Shown: one piece after another, positions 20,219 through 29,896 of the stretch | Numbering within the stretch: position 1 is the first letter of the stretch | How the letters are laid out: each line of letters opens with the position of its first letter | Assembly (NCBI GenBank): GCA_018646605.1 | Contig: JABGUL010000015.1 | Span: forward strand, 12,688 to 76,687 | Source: Flavobacteriaceae bacterium | Lineage (GTDB): Bacteria > Bacteroidota > Bacteroidia > Flavobacteriales > Flavobacteriaceae | DNA length: 64,000 bases | Reading direction: 5' to 3' | Made by a program: the position numbers and the translations under genes | Notes under the pieces: model-generated | Told to the model about the DNA's origin: nothing | Databases searched by the model: none | Seen by the model: the letters and a program-made list of their open reading frames with translations, nothing else

Positions 20219-21553
20219 TTATGGATTTTCAGTTTCGCTTTCGTTTAAATTTTTACTTTCAGTTTCAGGGATGTTTTGAGGTTCTAATTGTGTATCAACA
20301 ATTATATTTTCGGAATTATTTTCCTCTCCCTCCTCTGGGATGTTAGTTTCTTCAACCTTTGGTTTTTTTAATGTCCCGAGAAGCATAACAAACATTGAAC
20401 TTAAAATAACAATCAAAAGAACTCTTTCGTCAATTGGACTTGTTGATGTATTGATGAATGAAACGTCTTTGAGTTGAATAAAAAGGAGGATACTAATCAA
20501 CCCGCGAGGGGACATGTAAACTAAAGAACTAGGTTTTATTCTAAAGGTAGAAACGGTCAAATAAACATACCTTAGAATAAGCATAATTAGAAAAATAATT
20601 AATCCGTAAATCACAGGTGAAAAACTATCAAAATCTAAGATTTTGATAGAAAACCCAAAAAATAAGAAAAAGAAAGTCCGTACAATAAAGGTTGATTCTG
20701 CTGTTAGAATATGAAATTCATGGAATCCTTTTTCGGATTGCTCTATGTCTAAATAACGGAGTAGAAATTTAGGGAGTAAGCTTTTAACATTACTAAAGAA
20801 TATTCCGAATATAAAAATTGTTACAAGGGCAGGAAGGTGAAATAGTTTTCCAAAAGCATATACTAGTATAAGTAAAGCTAAAATTAAAAAGAATTTTACA
20901 TGATGATGAATTTGCTGTAAAAGTCGAAAGAGAACATAGGTGATGGCAAGGGATATTACGATAACCCCCAAAATTTGAAGGCCTAGAGAAACCAGAGGAG
21001 TTGCCCCGATGAGTGGCTGACCTGATTCAAATTGTCGAATCGCATAATTGAAAATCATAATTCCCAAAATATCGGAAAAAGTAGATTCGTAGATTACAAA
21101 TTCTCGTTCTTTACTTATCAAACCGGCAGTAGAAGGAATAGCAACTGCACTACTGATAATGGATAGAGGGATTGCATACAAAATTGCTTCACTATTTCCC
21201 ATTTGAAAAAGGAAGCCAAAGACCCATTTTAAGACCCATATATTTGCAACAAGAATAAAAAGAGCGGCAAGAAATCCCTTTAAAATTAAGGGGAGTTTTT
21301 CCCTGCTAATTTCTAATTCAACAGCTCCTTCAAGTACAATTAGAATTAATCCAATGGTACCTAGAACAGGGATTAAATTATCAACAAAACCAAATTCATT
21401 ATAGCCGTAGGCATTCGTTATTGCTCGAACTATAATACCTGTAATCATGAGTAAAATGACCGCTGGAAATTTTGTTTTTCGAGCAAAGGCGTCAAACAAG
21501 TATGAGAAAATAATCAGTAGGGGGAGTACAAATAAGATGGAAAGGGTATTCAT
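20219..21553 (-). CDS. Cation:proton antiporter family membrane protein with an acidic C-terminal tail
   Basis: 444 aa with about 11-12 hydrophobic segments and a Na+/H+-exchanger-like N-terminal region. The tail is rich in E/N/P/T. Confidence 0.75.
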   Translation of the reverse strand: MNTLSILFVLPLLIIFSYLFDAFARKTKFPAVILLMITGIIVRAITNAYGYNEFGFVDNLIPVLGTIGLILIVLEGAVELEISREKLPLILKGFLAALFILVANIWVLKWVFGFLFQMGNSEAILYAIPLSIISSAVAIPSTAGLISKEREFVIYESTFSDILGIMIFNYAIRQFESGQPLIGATPLVSLGLQILGVIVISLAITYVLFRLLQQIHHHVKFFLILALLILVYAFGKLFHLPALVTIFIFGIFFSNVKSLLPKFLLRYLDIEQSEKGFHEFHILTAESTFIVRTFFFLFFGFSIKILDFDSFSPVIYGLIIFLIMLILRYVYLTVSTFRIKPSSLVYMSPRGLISILLFIQLKDVSFINTSTSPIDERVLLIVILSSMFVMLLGTLKKPKVEETNIPEEGEENNSENIIVDTQLEPQNIPETESKNLNESETENP

Positions 21554-21611
21554 GATATGAACTTTTTTAAAGTTTTAATGTACAAAATATTAAATGATGC
21601 AATCATATGAT

Positions 21612-22514
21612 TTAGACCCAGACTTTTGGATTTTTTAAAACAGTTACTAAATTATATTCTTCACTCCCTTCTTCAGGATGATGATCATACCGCCATTGAA
21701 CCGCTGGAGGAAGACTCATAAGAATACTTTCAATTCGACCGTTGGTTTTTAATCCAAACAGTGTTCCTTTGTCATGAACAAGATTGAATTCGACATAGCG
21801 CCCCCTTCTTATTTCCTGCCAAGTTCTTTGGGCTGCAGAATATTTCATTGATTTTCTTTTTTCCAATATAGGAAGGTAAGCAGCTAAAAAATTATTGCCT
21901 ATTTCGGTGGTGAAATCATATCGGTCTTGAATAGTGAATTCTTTGTCTTCTTTTAAATAATCAAAAAATAACCCCCCTACACCTCTTGCTTCCTCACGAT
22001 GAGGATTGTGAAAGTAAGCATCACATTTATTTTTAAATTCAAGGTAAAAATCGGGATGATGAATATCACAAGCTTTTTTGCATTGACGATGAAAATGCTG
22101 TGCATCTTCTTCAAACAGATAATATGGGGTTAGGTCTAAGCCACCACCAAACCATTGGTCAATACAATTCCCTGTTTTATCGTACATTTCAAAATAGCGC
22201 CAGTTTGCATGAACGGTAGGGGCCATTGGATTTTTAGGATGAATCACCAAACTCAATCCACAAGCAAAAAAATCTACCTCATCAACTTTAAAATACGATT
22301 GCATGCTTTCGGGTAAAGGCCCGTGAACTGCAGAAATATTAACTCCTCCTTTTTCAATTACTGATCCATTTTCAATAATACGACTACGCCCCCCACCTCC
22401 TTCGGCTCTGTTCCATTCATCTTCAAAAAAAGTGGCAGAACCATCCACTTTTTCAAAAGCTTCTGTAATCTGGTTTTGCAGATTTTTGATGTAGGAATAA
22501 AACTGATCTTTCAT
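21612..22514 (-). CDS. hemF: Oxygen-dependent coproporphyrinogen III oxidase
   Basis: 300 aa. GGGGRSR, HPKNPMAPTVHANWRYFE, WFGGGLDLTPYY and RGVGGLFFDY are HemF signatures. Confidence 0.94.
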   Translation of the reverse strand: MKDQFYSYIKNLQNQITEAFEKVDGSATFFEDEWNRAEGGGGRSRIIENGSVIEKGGVNISAVHGPLPESMQSYFKVDEVDFFACGLSLVIHPKNPMAPTVHANWRYFEMYDKTGNCIDQWFGGGLDLTPYYLFEEDAQHFHRQCKKACDIHHPDFYLEFKNKCDAYFHNPHREEARGVGGLFFDYLKEDKEFTIQDRYDFTTEIGNNFLAAYLPILEKRKSMKYSAAQRTWQEIRRGRYVEFNLVHDKGTLFGLKTNGRIESILMSLPPAVQWRYDHHPEEGSEEYNLVTVLKNPKVWV

Positions 22515-22523
22515 TTTTTTGGT

Positions 22524-23549
22524 TTAAAGAGTGTATTCTTTAACAGCGTCAACAAAGGCTTTGGCATGATCAACTGGGATATTTGGGAGGATACCATGGC
22601 CCAAATTGACGATGTATTTATCTTTTCCAAATTCATTTATCATTTTGTGAACACCTGCTTTGATTTCTGGGATAGGCGAAAGTAGTCGCGAAGGGTCAAA
22701 ATTTCCTTGCAACGTGATTTGACCCCCTGACAAATATCTTGCATTTCGGGCGGTACAGGTCCAATCTACTCCTAAAGCTGATGCTCCAGAACGCCCCATT
22801 TCATTTAAGGCAAACCAACATCCTTTTCCAAAAACAATAACCGGGATATCCTCTTTTAAAGCATCTATTATTTGCTGAATATAGGGCCAAGAAAAAATAG
22901 AATAATCGTCTGGAGAGAGTAGTCCTCCCCAAGAGTCAAATACTTGAACTGCATGTACTCCTGCTTTCACCTTTTCTTTCAAATATGCAATGGTTGTATC
23001 TGTTATTTTTTGAAGTAAAGCATGAGCAGCTTCAGGTTGACTAAAGCAAAAACCTTTAGCTATATCAAAGTTTTTTGATCCCTGCCCTTGAACGGCATAG
23101 CACAATAAAGTCCAGGGGGATCCTGCAAATCCTATAAGTGGTACACGATCGTTGAGCGCTTGTTTGGTCATCTTTACAGCATCTAAAACATAGCCTAAAT
23201 GTTCGTGAATATCAGGGACAATGACTTGAGAAACCTGTTCTGAAGATCGAATAGGATTTGGAATCCAAGGGCCGATTCCATCTTTCATTTCAACAGGAAT
23301 TTGCATGGCCTGAAGTACCACAAGGATATCACTAAAAAGAATAGCAGCATCGGGGCCTATTTGATCGATGGGCATGATCGTAATTTCAGTGGCTAACTCC
23401 GGAGTTTGGCAGCGGGTAAAGAACTCATATTTAGCTTTTAGCTTCATGAAATCTGGGAGATAGCGACCTGCTTGGCGCATCATCCATACTGGAGGACGAT
23501 TTACAGTTTCTCCGTTTAACGCTTTTAGAAAAAGATCATTTTTGAGCAT
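22524..23549 (-). CDS. hemE: Uroporphyrinogen decarboxylase
   Basis: 341 aa. [13 protein letters not shown] and ILFSDIL motifs. Confidence 0.94.
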   Translation of the reverse strand: MLKNDLFLKALNGETVNRPPVWMMRQAGRYLPDFMKLKAKYEFFTRCQTPELATEITIMPIDQIGPDAAILFSDILVVLQAMQIPVEMKDGIGPWIPNPIRSSEQVSQVIVPDIHEHLGYVLDAVKMTKQALNDRVPLIGFAGSPWTLLCYAVQGQGSKNFDIAKGFCFSQPEAAHALLQKITDTTIAYLKEKVKAGVHAVQVFDSWGGLLSPDDYSIFSWPYIQQIIDALKEDIPVIVFGKGCWFALNEMGRSGASALGVDWTCTARNARYLSGGQITLQGNFDPSRLLSPIPEIKAGVHKMINEFGKDKYIVNLGHGILPNIPVDHAKAFVDAVKEYTL

Positions 23550-24213
23550 AGTGGTGCGTATTATAGTGGTGAATACTTAATAATAGTTGATTTTCATTAG
23601 GTGTTTTGGCAACGCTGAAATTTTCCGTGAAATTAGATAAACTTGCAGCTGTTGTTGAGCCGATACAAAATCCATGTGTTTTAGACGTCCAAGTATTCTT
23701 TTTAAAATAACTTTCAACGGCGGAAGGACTAAAAAAAAGGATCCCGTCAAACTGGGATTCGATCACAGTAGAGTTGTAAAGGGTATCATAAATTTTATGT
23801 ACAGACAAGGGGATTTTATTTTTTGCTAATTCGGTTTCGATTTCTGGTCTTCTTTGTATTCCACATAAAAACGAAAAAGAGGCATTTTTATGATTTTTTG
23901 TTATAAAATTGGACAAAATTGATGCATTTTGACTCATTTTTATCACTTTTAGACCATTTCCTGTCAAAAGCATTTTTGTTTTCTCCCCTACACAAAAATA
24001 ATTTTTCCCCTCTAATTTAGGTGATAAGTGAGGGTTGTTTAGGACTAAACTAGCCGCATTTTGGCTGGTTATTATAATGTTATCTTCTAGTGTTTTAATT
24101 TCTGTATTTAAGGGTTTAATTTTAATAAAGGGAAATTCAACTAATGAAAATCCCTTTTGAACCAAACGATCCTTAAAATTTACTGTAAGTAGTTTAGTTG
24201 AAAGTAAACGCAT
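23536..24213 (-). CDS. hemD: Uroporphyrinogen-III synthase
   Basis: 225 aa. Sits between hemC and hemE with overlapping junctions, and its size and two-lobe pattern fit HemD. The family is poorly conserved, so the call rests mostly on context. Confidence 0.7.
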   Translation of the reverse strand: MRLLSTKLLTVNFKDRLVQKGFSLVEFPFIKIKPLNTEIKTLEDNIIITSQNAASLVLNNPHLSPKLEGKNYFCVGEKTKMLLTGNGLKVIKMSQNASILSNFITKNHKNASFSFLCGIQRRPEIETELAKNKIPLSVHKIYDTLYNSTVIESQFDGILFFSPSAVESYFKKNTWTSKTHGFCIGSTTAASLSNFTENFSVAKTPNENQLLLSIHHYNTHHYAQK

Positions 24214-25115
24214 TACAATTGGGATTTGATTTGTTTCATGAGTTCTTTTCCTCCTTCATTTAAAATCTTTTGAGCTGCTTTGACCCCATACTCTTTAGTG
24301 TTTTCCAAGGGTGTATTTTCTTCATGAACGATCGCAATAGTTCCGTCCAAACTGAAAAGCCCCCCTTTGAAGTATAGTGTATTTTCAATACAATAAGCAT
24401 GAGCGCCTATAGGAGCGGTACAGCCTCCTTCCAAAGTGTTTAAGAACGAACGTTCAATTTGTGCGCACAGTGAAGTTTCAGCACAATTTATTTTATCTAA
24501 AACAGCATTAAGTTCTTTGTTTTTTTCTAAAGAGGCGATTCCTATAATTCCTTGAGAAGGAGCAGGGATCATCCATTCCAGCACTTCATAGTTGTCCTGG
24601 AGTAAATTCAAACGATCCAAACCTGCCTGTGCAAAAATAGCTCCTGACCAATTTGAATTATTTAGTTTTTCAATTCTTTTTTGCAAGTTACCCCTCAGGT
24701 TTTCTACTTGATGTTTCGGATTTTTCCTCAGCCATTGTGCCTTTCTTCTCAAACTACCAGTACCTATTGAAGCTTCAGTTTCCCAGCCCATAAATGCAGG
24801 ATTATATACCAGAACATCCATAGGGTTTCCTCTAGAAAGGACTGCTTTTATATTGATTCCCTTGGGTAATAAAGTTGGCACATCTTTTAGGCTATGGACA
24901 GCAATGTCTATCTTTTCATTAAGTAATGCGGTATCTAATGTTTTAGTAAAAACACCTTGTATTCCCATAGCATACAGAGGTTGATTTAGATCTTGATCTC
25001 CATTGCTTTCTATATGAACTAAGCAACAAGGATAGCCTTCTGATTCTAATATAGCTTTGACCTCGTTGGCTTGCCACAAAGCTAATTTGCTTTTTCTAGT
25101 TCCGATGCGTACCAT
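24213..25115 (-). CDS. hemC: Hydroxymethylbilane synthase (porphobilinogen deaminase)
   Basis: 300 aa. RIGTRKSKLALWQA, DIAVHSLKDVP and the cofactor Cys context (GGCTAPIG). Confidence 0.94.
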   Translation of the reverse strand: MVRIGTRKSKLALWQANEVKAILESEGYPCCLVHIESNGDQDLNQPLYAMGIQGVFTKTLDTALLNEKIDIAVHSLKDVPTLLPKGINIKAVLSRGNPMDVLVYNPAFMGWETEASIGTGSLRRKAQWLRKNPKHQVENLRGNLQKRIEKLNNSNWSGAIFAQAGLDRLNLLQDNYEVLEWMIPAPSQGIIGIASLEKNKELNAVLDKINCAETSLCAQIERSFLNTLEGGCTAPIGAHAYCIENTLYFKGGLFSLDGTIAIVHEENTPLENTKEYGVKAAQKILNEGGKELMKQIKSQL

Positions 25116-25116
25116 C

Positions 25117-26328
25117 CTAACTGTAATTTTCTGGACTCAATTGAAATACTTCGTTCAGTAAGGCCACGGTTTTATCAGCTTCTTTTGGGTTTGATCTCAA
25201 GTAAGCAGCAATTTGACCGGTAAGTTTTTGGGCCATTCGATCTGGACTTGTTTCTAATTCCCAATCTTCATCAAAATTTTCAATTTGAGTTAGTTTCTTT
25301 TTAAAGGCTTTTAGTGTAGGGACGTATTTGCGGTGTTCTAGCCAAACATGAAAATCGTCTTCCACCTCGTTCAATATTTGTTCCGCTTGAGGGATATATT
25401 TTTTTCGTTTTTCAAAAGTAGCGTCGGTAATTTGTGAAAGTTCATCCAAGTGAATCACCTCAATATTTGGCAGTTTGTTGACTTCAGGTGCTACATTTCT
25501 CGGGATGGACAGGTCTAGTATTAGTAAGGGCTTTGTGTTATGAATCAAATCAACAGATACGGTTGGCTTTTGAGCTCCTGTGGCAACAATGAGCACATTG
25601 GATTGATGAATGGCAGAAGTTAGTTCGCCATAAGGCTTAACTTTAACAGGAAATTTTCCTGCAATTTTTTCTGCCTTTTCTTGTGTTCTGTTAATTAGTG
25701 TAATGTGGTCGTTTTGGGTGTGTTTCACTAAATTTTCACACGTATTAGCCCCAATTTTACCAGTGCCAAAAAGAAGGATATTTTTTTGAGAAATATCAGT
25801 AACATTCTTTAATATATACTGTACTGAGGCAAAAGCAACGGAAGTTGCACCACTCGATATTTCGGTCTCAGTTTTAATTCTTTTACTGGCTTGAATCACA
25901 GCATTGGTAAGTCGTTCAAGAGATCCGTGAGCAAGCTGCATTTTTTTTGATCGATAAAAGCTTTGCTTAATCTGTCCAATCACTTCAAAATCACCCAAAA
26001 TCTGACTTTCAAGCCCTGTTCCTACTCTAAAAAGATGATGAAAAGCATCCCTATCACTGTACGTATATCCAATTTTGTCAAATATTTTTTTATCTCCCCC
26101 CGAATGCTTACAAAGAAGATTTACGAGTGTTTCATGTTTAGCTGTCCAGCTATATAGTTCCGTTCTATTACATGTATTAATTACTAAAAAGTCAGTTACA
26201 CCAGAATCTTTTGCATCTAGAAAAAGTGCATGTAGCTGAGTGTCATTGAGGCTAAATTGGCCACGTTGGTCAATATCAGCAGTTTTATAACTGACACCTA
26301 TTGCGTGAAAATGTTCGGCTTTGGTCAA
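25117..26328 (-). CDS. hemA: Glutamyl-tRNA reductase
   Basis: 403 aa. Catalytic NTCNRTELY motif and an NADPH-binding GTGKIG. The apparent start codon is TTG. Confidence 0.92.
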   Translation of the reverse strand: MTKAEHFHAIGVSYKTADIDQRGQFSLNDTQLHALFLDAKDSGVTDFLVINTCNRTELYSWTAKHETLVNLLCKHSGGDKKIFDKIGYTYSDRDAFHHLFRVGTGLESQILGDFEVIGQIKQSFYRSKKMQLAHGSLERLTNAVIQASKRIKTETEISSGATSVAFASVQYILKNVTDISQKNILLFGTGKIGANTCENLVKHTQNDHITLINRTQEKAEKIAGKFPVKVKPYGELTSAIHQSNVLIVATGAQKPTVSVDLIHNTKPLLILDLSIPRNVAPEVNKLPNIEVIHLDELSQITDATFEKRKKYIPQAEQILNEVEDDFHVWLEHRKYVPTLKAFKKKLTQIENFDEDWELETSPDRMAQKLTGQIAAYLRSNPKEADKTVALLNEVFQLSPENYS

Positions 26329-26353
26329 AAAGGTAATTCTATAAATTTGAACA

Positions 26354-26361
26354 CAAAAGTA
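26354..26361 (-). promoter_or_regulatory. Candidate Bacteroidota -7 promoter box (TACTTTTG) for the hemA operon
   Basis: The plus strand reads CAAAAGTA, which is TAnnTTTG on the minus strand, about 26 nt upstream of the hemA TTG start. Confidence 0.35.
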
Positions 26362-26455
26362 AGGGAGTAGTATTCTAAAAAATAACGATGAAAAGTTTTA
26401 AAATAACTCTAAAGGTTTTTTTTTCAATTTTTGGCAACTAACTTTCAAAAAGTCT

Positions 26456-26463
26456 TATTTTTG
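26456..26463 (+). promoter_or_regulatory. Candidate -7 promoter box (TATTTTTG) for the AraC-hemH-MATE unit
   Basis: Matches TAnnTTTG, about 55 nt upstream of the ORF start at 26518. Confidence 0.3.
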
Positions 26464-26517
26464 TTGTATTGAGCTAATTTATTAAGCACTTTTTTAGAGT
26501 TAAAAATTAAATAGTAT

Positions 26518-27411
26518 TTGAAGATGGAGATTAAAAATGACGTTAAAAGTACTTTTCAAGTGAGTGTTTTGGATTCTGGATTTACTGTTTTGAGAGTTAA
26601 AAATGACTCCCAAGATGCGGTTATTGAAAAATATCCAGTAAATCAAGACTTTATCCAATTCCATTTTTGTTTGAAGGGACAAATGAATTTTATTTTTAAC
26701 GAAGGGAATTATAGTTTTCCAGTAAATGAGGATCACTCAATGTTGCTTTTTAACCCTCAAAAGGCATTACCGATTCAGGTAGAATTAGCGCCAAACAGTT
26801 GGCTCGTTAGTGTGCTGATTTCGATATCAAAATTTCATTCTTTATTTTCTGCTGACGCAGATCATATTTCGTTTCTCACTCCAGAAAATAGTTCTAAAAA
26901 GTATTATGATAACTTACCATTTACTTCATCAATTGCTGTTGTTTTGAGTCAGATTTTACAGGCAAAAGTACATGACAGTATGAAGAGTTTATATTTTAAG
27001 GGGAAGGTTTATGAATTACTGAGTTTGTATTTTAATAAAAGCGAAGACCCCTCTCTGGAGCAGTGCCCTTTTTTGGTGGATGAAGAAAACGTAAGGAAAA
27101 TAAGAAAAGCAAAAGATATTATTTTGGAGCGAATGTCTGACCCACCTTCTCTAGAAAATTTGGCTACAGAAATCGGATTGTCATTAAAAAAATTAAAAGA
27201 AGGGTTTAAGCAACTTTATGGTGATACTGTCTTTGCGTACCTTTTGGATCATAAAATGGAAGAGGCAAGGCGAATGTTGAACTCTCAAAAATTTAATGTC
27301 AATGAAGTTGGCCTTAAATTAGGGTATAGTACTGCGAGCCATTTTATTGCCGCTTTCAAAAAGAAATATGGAACCACTCCCAAGAAATATTTAGGTTCAT
27401 TATCTTCGTAA
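26518..27411 (+). CDS. AraC-family transcriptional regulator
   Basis: 297 aa. C-terminal double HTH (LATEIGLSLKKLKEGFKQ...VGLKLGYSTASHFIAAFKKKYGTTP). The N-terminal domain of about 190 aa is unassigned. Divergent from hemA and immediately upstream of hemH. Confidence 0.88.
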   Translation: MKMEIKNDVKSTFQVSVLDSGFTVLRVKNDSQDAVIEKYPVNQDFIQFHFCLKGQMNFIFNEGNYSFPVNEDHSMLLFNPQKALPIQVELAPNSWLVSVLISISKFHSLFSADADHISFLTPENSSKKYYDNLPFTSSIAVVLSQILQAKVHDSMKSLYFKGKVYELLSLYFNKSEDPSLEQCPFLVDEENVRKIRKAKDIILERMSDPPSLENLATEIGLSLKKLKEGFKQLYGDTVFAYLLDHKMEEARRMLNSQKFNVNEVGLKLGYSTASHFIAAFKKKYGTTPKKYLGSLSS

Positions 27412-27421
27412 AAAATTGTGA

Positions 27422-28453
27422 ATGAAAGGAGTATTACTAGTCAACTTGGGATCCCCATACAGTACTGAAACAAAGGATGTAAGAGATTATTTAGGAGAGT
27501 TTTTGATGGATGAGAGGGTAATTGATTTACCCAAATGGTTTCGATCTTTTTTGGTAAAAGGAATTATTTTAAAAACCCGACCTAAAAAATCTGCAAAAGC
27601 GTACAGAAAAATATGGTGGAAAGAAGGTTCCCCTCTGATTGTACTTTCAGAGCGGCTTCAGAAAAAAGTACAAAAAAAGGTTTCCATACCTGTTGCCCTT
27701 GCGATGCGTTATGGAACACCTTCCATTCATGAGGGATTAAAAGAATTGGCCGACCAAGGAGTGACTGAAGTCTTTTTAGTTCCATTGTATCCTCAGTTTG
27801 CTATGGCAACTACCGAAACTATTCTAGTCTTAGCTGAAGAGTTAAGAGAAAAGTATTTTCCACAAATGGAATTCACTTCTTTACCGGCCTTTTACAATCA
27901 TCCAGATTATATCCGAGTACTAGGAAATTCAATTCAAGAAGCTTTGCAGGGAAAAAACTGGGAGCATATTTTATTTTCCTATCACGGTGTTCCGAACCGT
28001 CATATTAGAAAGTCTGATGTTACAAAATCACATTGTAAAATGGACGGTAAGTGTTGTTTTAATGACTCTCCTGCTCATGCATATTGCTATCGTCATCAGT
28101 GTGAGATGACTACAGTTAAAGTCGCTGAATATCTTGATTTAAAAGAAGGAACATTTTCAACAAGTTTTCAGTCTCGAGTTTCAATTTTAGGATCCTGGTT
28201 AAAACCATACACTGACAAAACAGTTGAGGCTTTTGCTCAAGGAGGAACTAAGGAACTTGCTATTGCAACCCCCGCGTTTGTGTCAGATTGTTTGGAAACA
28301 CTTGAGGAAATTGGAATGGAGGCAGCAGAAGATTTCGAAGATAAAGGAGGGAAGCACTTACATGTAATTCCGTGTATCAACGATAGAGATGATTGGGTAA
28401 ATGTTTTAAGTAGATGGATTGACGAATGGGCTCTTAACGAAAGTGTTTCATGA
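27422..28453 (+). CDS. hemH: Ferrochelatase
   Basis: 343 aa. LVNLGSP start, PLYPQF, FSYHG(V)P and SDCLETLEE motifs. Confidence 0.93.
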   Translation: MKGVLLVNLGSPYSTETKDVRDYLGEFLMDERVIDLPKWFRSFLVKGIILKTRPKKSAKAYRKIWWKEGSPLIVLSERLQKKVQKKVSIPVALAMRYGTPSIHEGLKELADQGVTEVFLVPLYPQFAMATTETILVLAEELREKYFPQMEFTSLPAFYNHPDYIRVLGNSIQEALQGKNWEHILFSYHGVPNRHIRKSDVTKSHCKMDGKCCFNDSPAHAYCYRHQCEMTTVKVAEYLDLKEGTFSTSFQSRVSILGSWLKPYTDKTVEAFAQGGTKELAIATPAFVSDCLETLEEIGMEAAEDFEDKGGKHLHVIPCINDRDDWVNVLSRWIDEWALNESVS

Positions 28454-29793
28454 GCAAAAATCTCACGGAGTTATTAGGAACGGATTCCATCCCAAAATTA
28501 TTAGTTAAACAAGCATTACCTGCATCCATTGGAATTTTGGTTATGTCACTCAATATATTGATTGACACTATTTTTGTTGGGCAGTGGATTGGTTCTAATG
28601 CCATTGCTGCAATTAATGTTGTATTGCCCGTTTCTTTTTTTATTGCGGCATTAGGAATGGCTATTGGTGTGGGAGGGGCTTCTATTATTTCCAGAGCCCT
28701 AGGAGAAAAAAATCATCTTAAAGCAGAAAATACCTTTGGAAATCAAATCACGTTAACTTTTTTGTTGACCATTATTGTGGTCATTTTTGGGTTGTCTTTT
28801 GTAGATCAGATCATTGTCCTTTTTGGGGGGAAAGGATCTCTTTTTTCACTCGCTAAAACCTATTATGTAATTGTTCTTTATGGGGTTCCTGTGTTAGCAT
28901 TTTGTATGATGGCAAATAATACCATTCGGGCTGAAGGAAAACCCAAAAATGCCATGTATGCAATGCTTTTACCATCTGTTTCAAATTTGTTTTTAGATTA
29001 TATTTTTATTAACATTTTTGATTGGGGCATGATGGGAGCTGCCTGGGCTACCACCCTTTCTTATGGAGTGTGTGCGCTTTATATTATTTATTTTTTTCTA
29101 TCAAAAAAGAGCAGTTTACATCCAACGTTGAGCTCTTTTAGATTACAACCATTATTGATAAAAGAAATTTCCTCCTTGGGGTCCGTTACCTTGGCACGCC
29201 AAGCAATGGTAAGTATTACAGTGCTTTTGGTTAATAATATTTTGTTTTCCTATGGAGGTGAATCATCTATTGCTGTCTATGCTATCATTAGCAGAATGCT
29301 AATGTTTGCAACCTTTCCAATTCTTGGAATCACTCAAGGGTTTTTACCCATTGCAGGGTATAATTATGGAGCAAAAAATACGGAACGTGTTCGAAAAGTG
29401 ATTAGTATTTCTATTCGTTATTCTGTTTTTTTAGCATCTACCATTTTTGTTTTTATTTTCTTTTTTGCTGAAAATATTCCAGGGATTTTCTCAAAAGATA
29501 CTGCAGTTGCTCTTGAAACACCCAACGCGTTGCGTTATGTGTTTGCAGCATTACCCATAATAGGGATACAGTTGATTGGAGCAGCGTATTTCCAGGCTAT
29601 AGGAAAAGCATTGCCCGCTTTGCTACTTACCTTAAGCAGACAAGGTCTCTTTTTCATTCCTTTATTATTTATTCTCCCTAATTTTTATGGGGTGATGGGT
29701 GTTTGGATTGCCTTTCCTGTTGCAGATATTTTTTCTACTCTAATGACAGCTTATTTTTTAAATCGTGAAATTAGAAAACAGTTAGTAGCATAA
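28450..29793 (+). CDS. MATE-family efflux transporter
   Basis: 447 aa, 12 predicted TM segments, MATE-like N-terminus (LLVKQALPASIGILVMSLNILIDTIFVG). ATGA overlap with the hemH stop. Confidence 0.85.
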   Translation: MSKNLTELLGTDSIPKLLVKQALPASIGILVMSLNILIDTIFVGQWIGSNAIAAINVVLPVSFFIAALGMAIGVGGASIISRALGEKNHLKAENTFGNQITLTFLLTIIVVIFGLSFVDQIIVLFGGKGSLFSLAKTYYVIVLYGVPVLAFCMMANNTIRAEGKPKNAMYAMLLPSVSNLFLDYIFINIFDWGMMGAAWATTLSYGVCALYIIYFFLSKKSSLHPTLSSFRLQPLLIKEISSLGSVTLARQAMVSITVLLVNNILFSYGGESSIAVYAIISRMLMFATFPILGITQGFLPIAGYNYGAKNTERVRKVISISIRYSVFLASTIFVFIFFFAENIPGIFSKDTAVALETPNALRYVFAALPIIGIQLIGAAYFQAIGKALPALLLTLSRQGLFFIPLLFILPNFYGVMGVWIAFPVADIFSTLMTAYFLNREIRKQLVA

Positions 29794-29896
29794 TCAGCCA
29801 ATATAGAGTTGCTTAATCGAGTTCAATTATATCTCTAGGCAATAGCTTACTTCATAAGGAATATATTTTATACTTTTAATTTTATAAATATTCATT

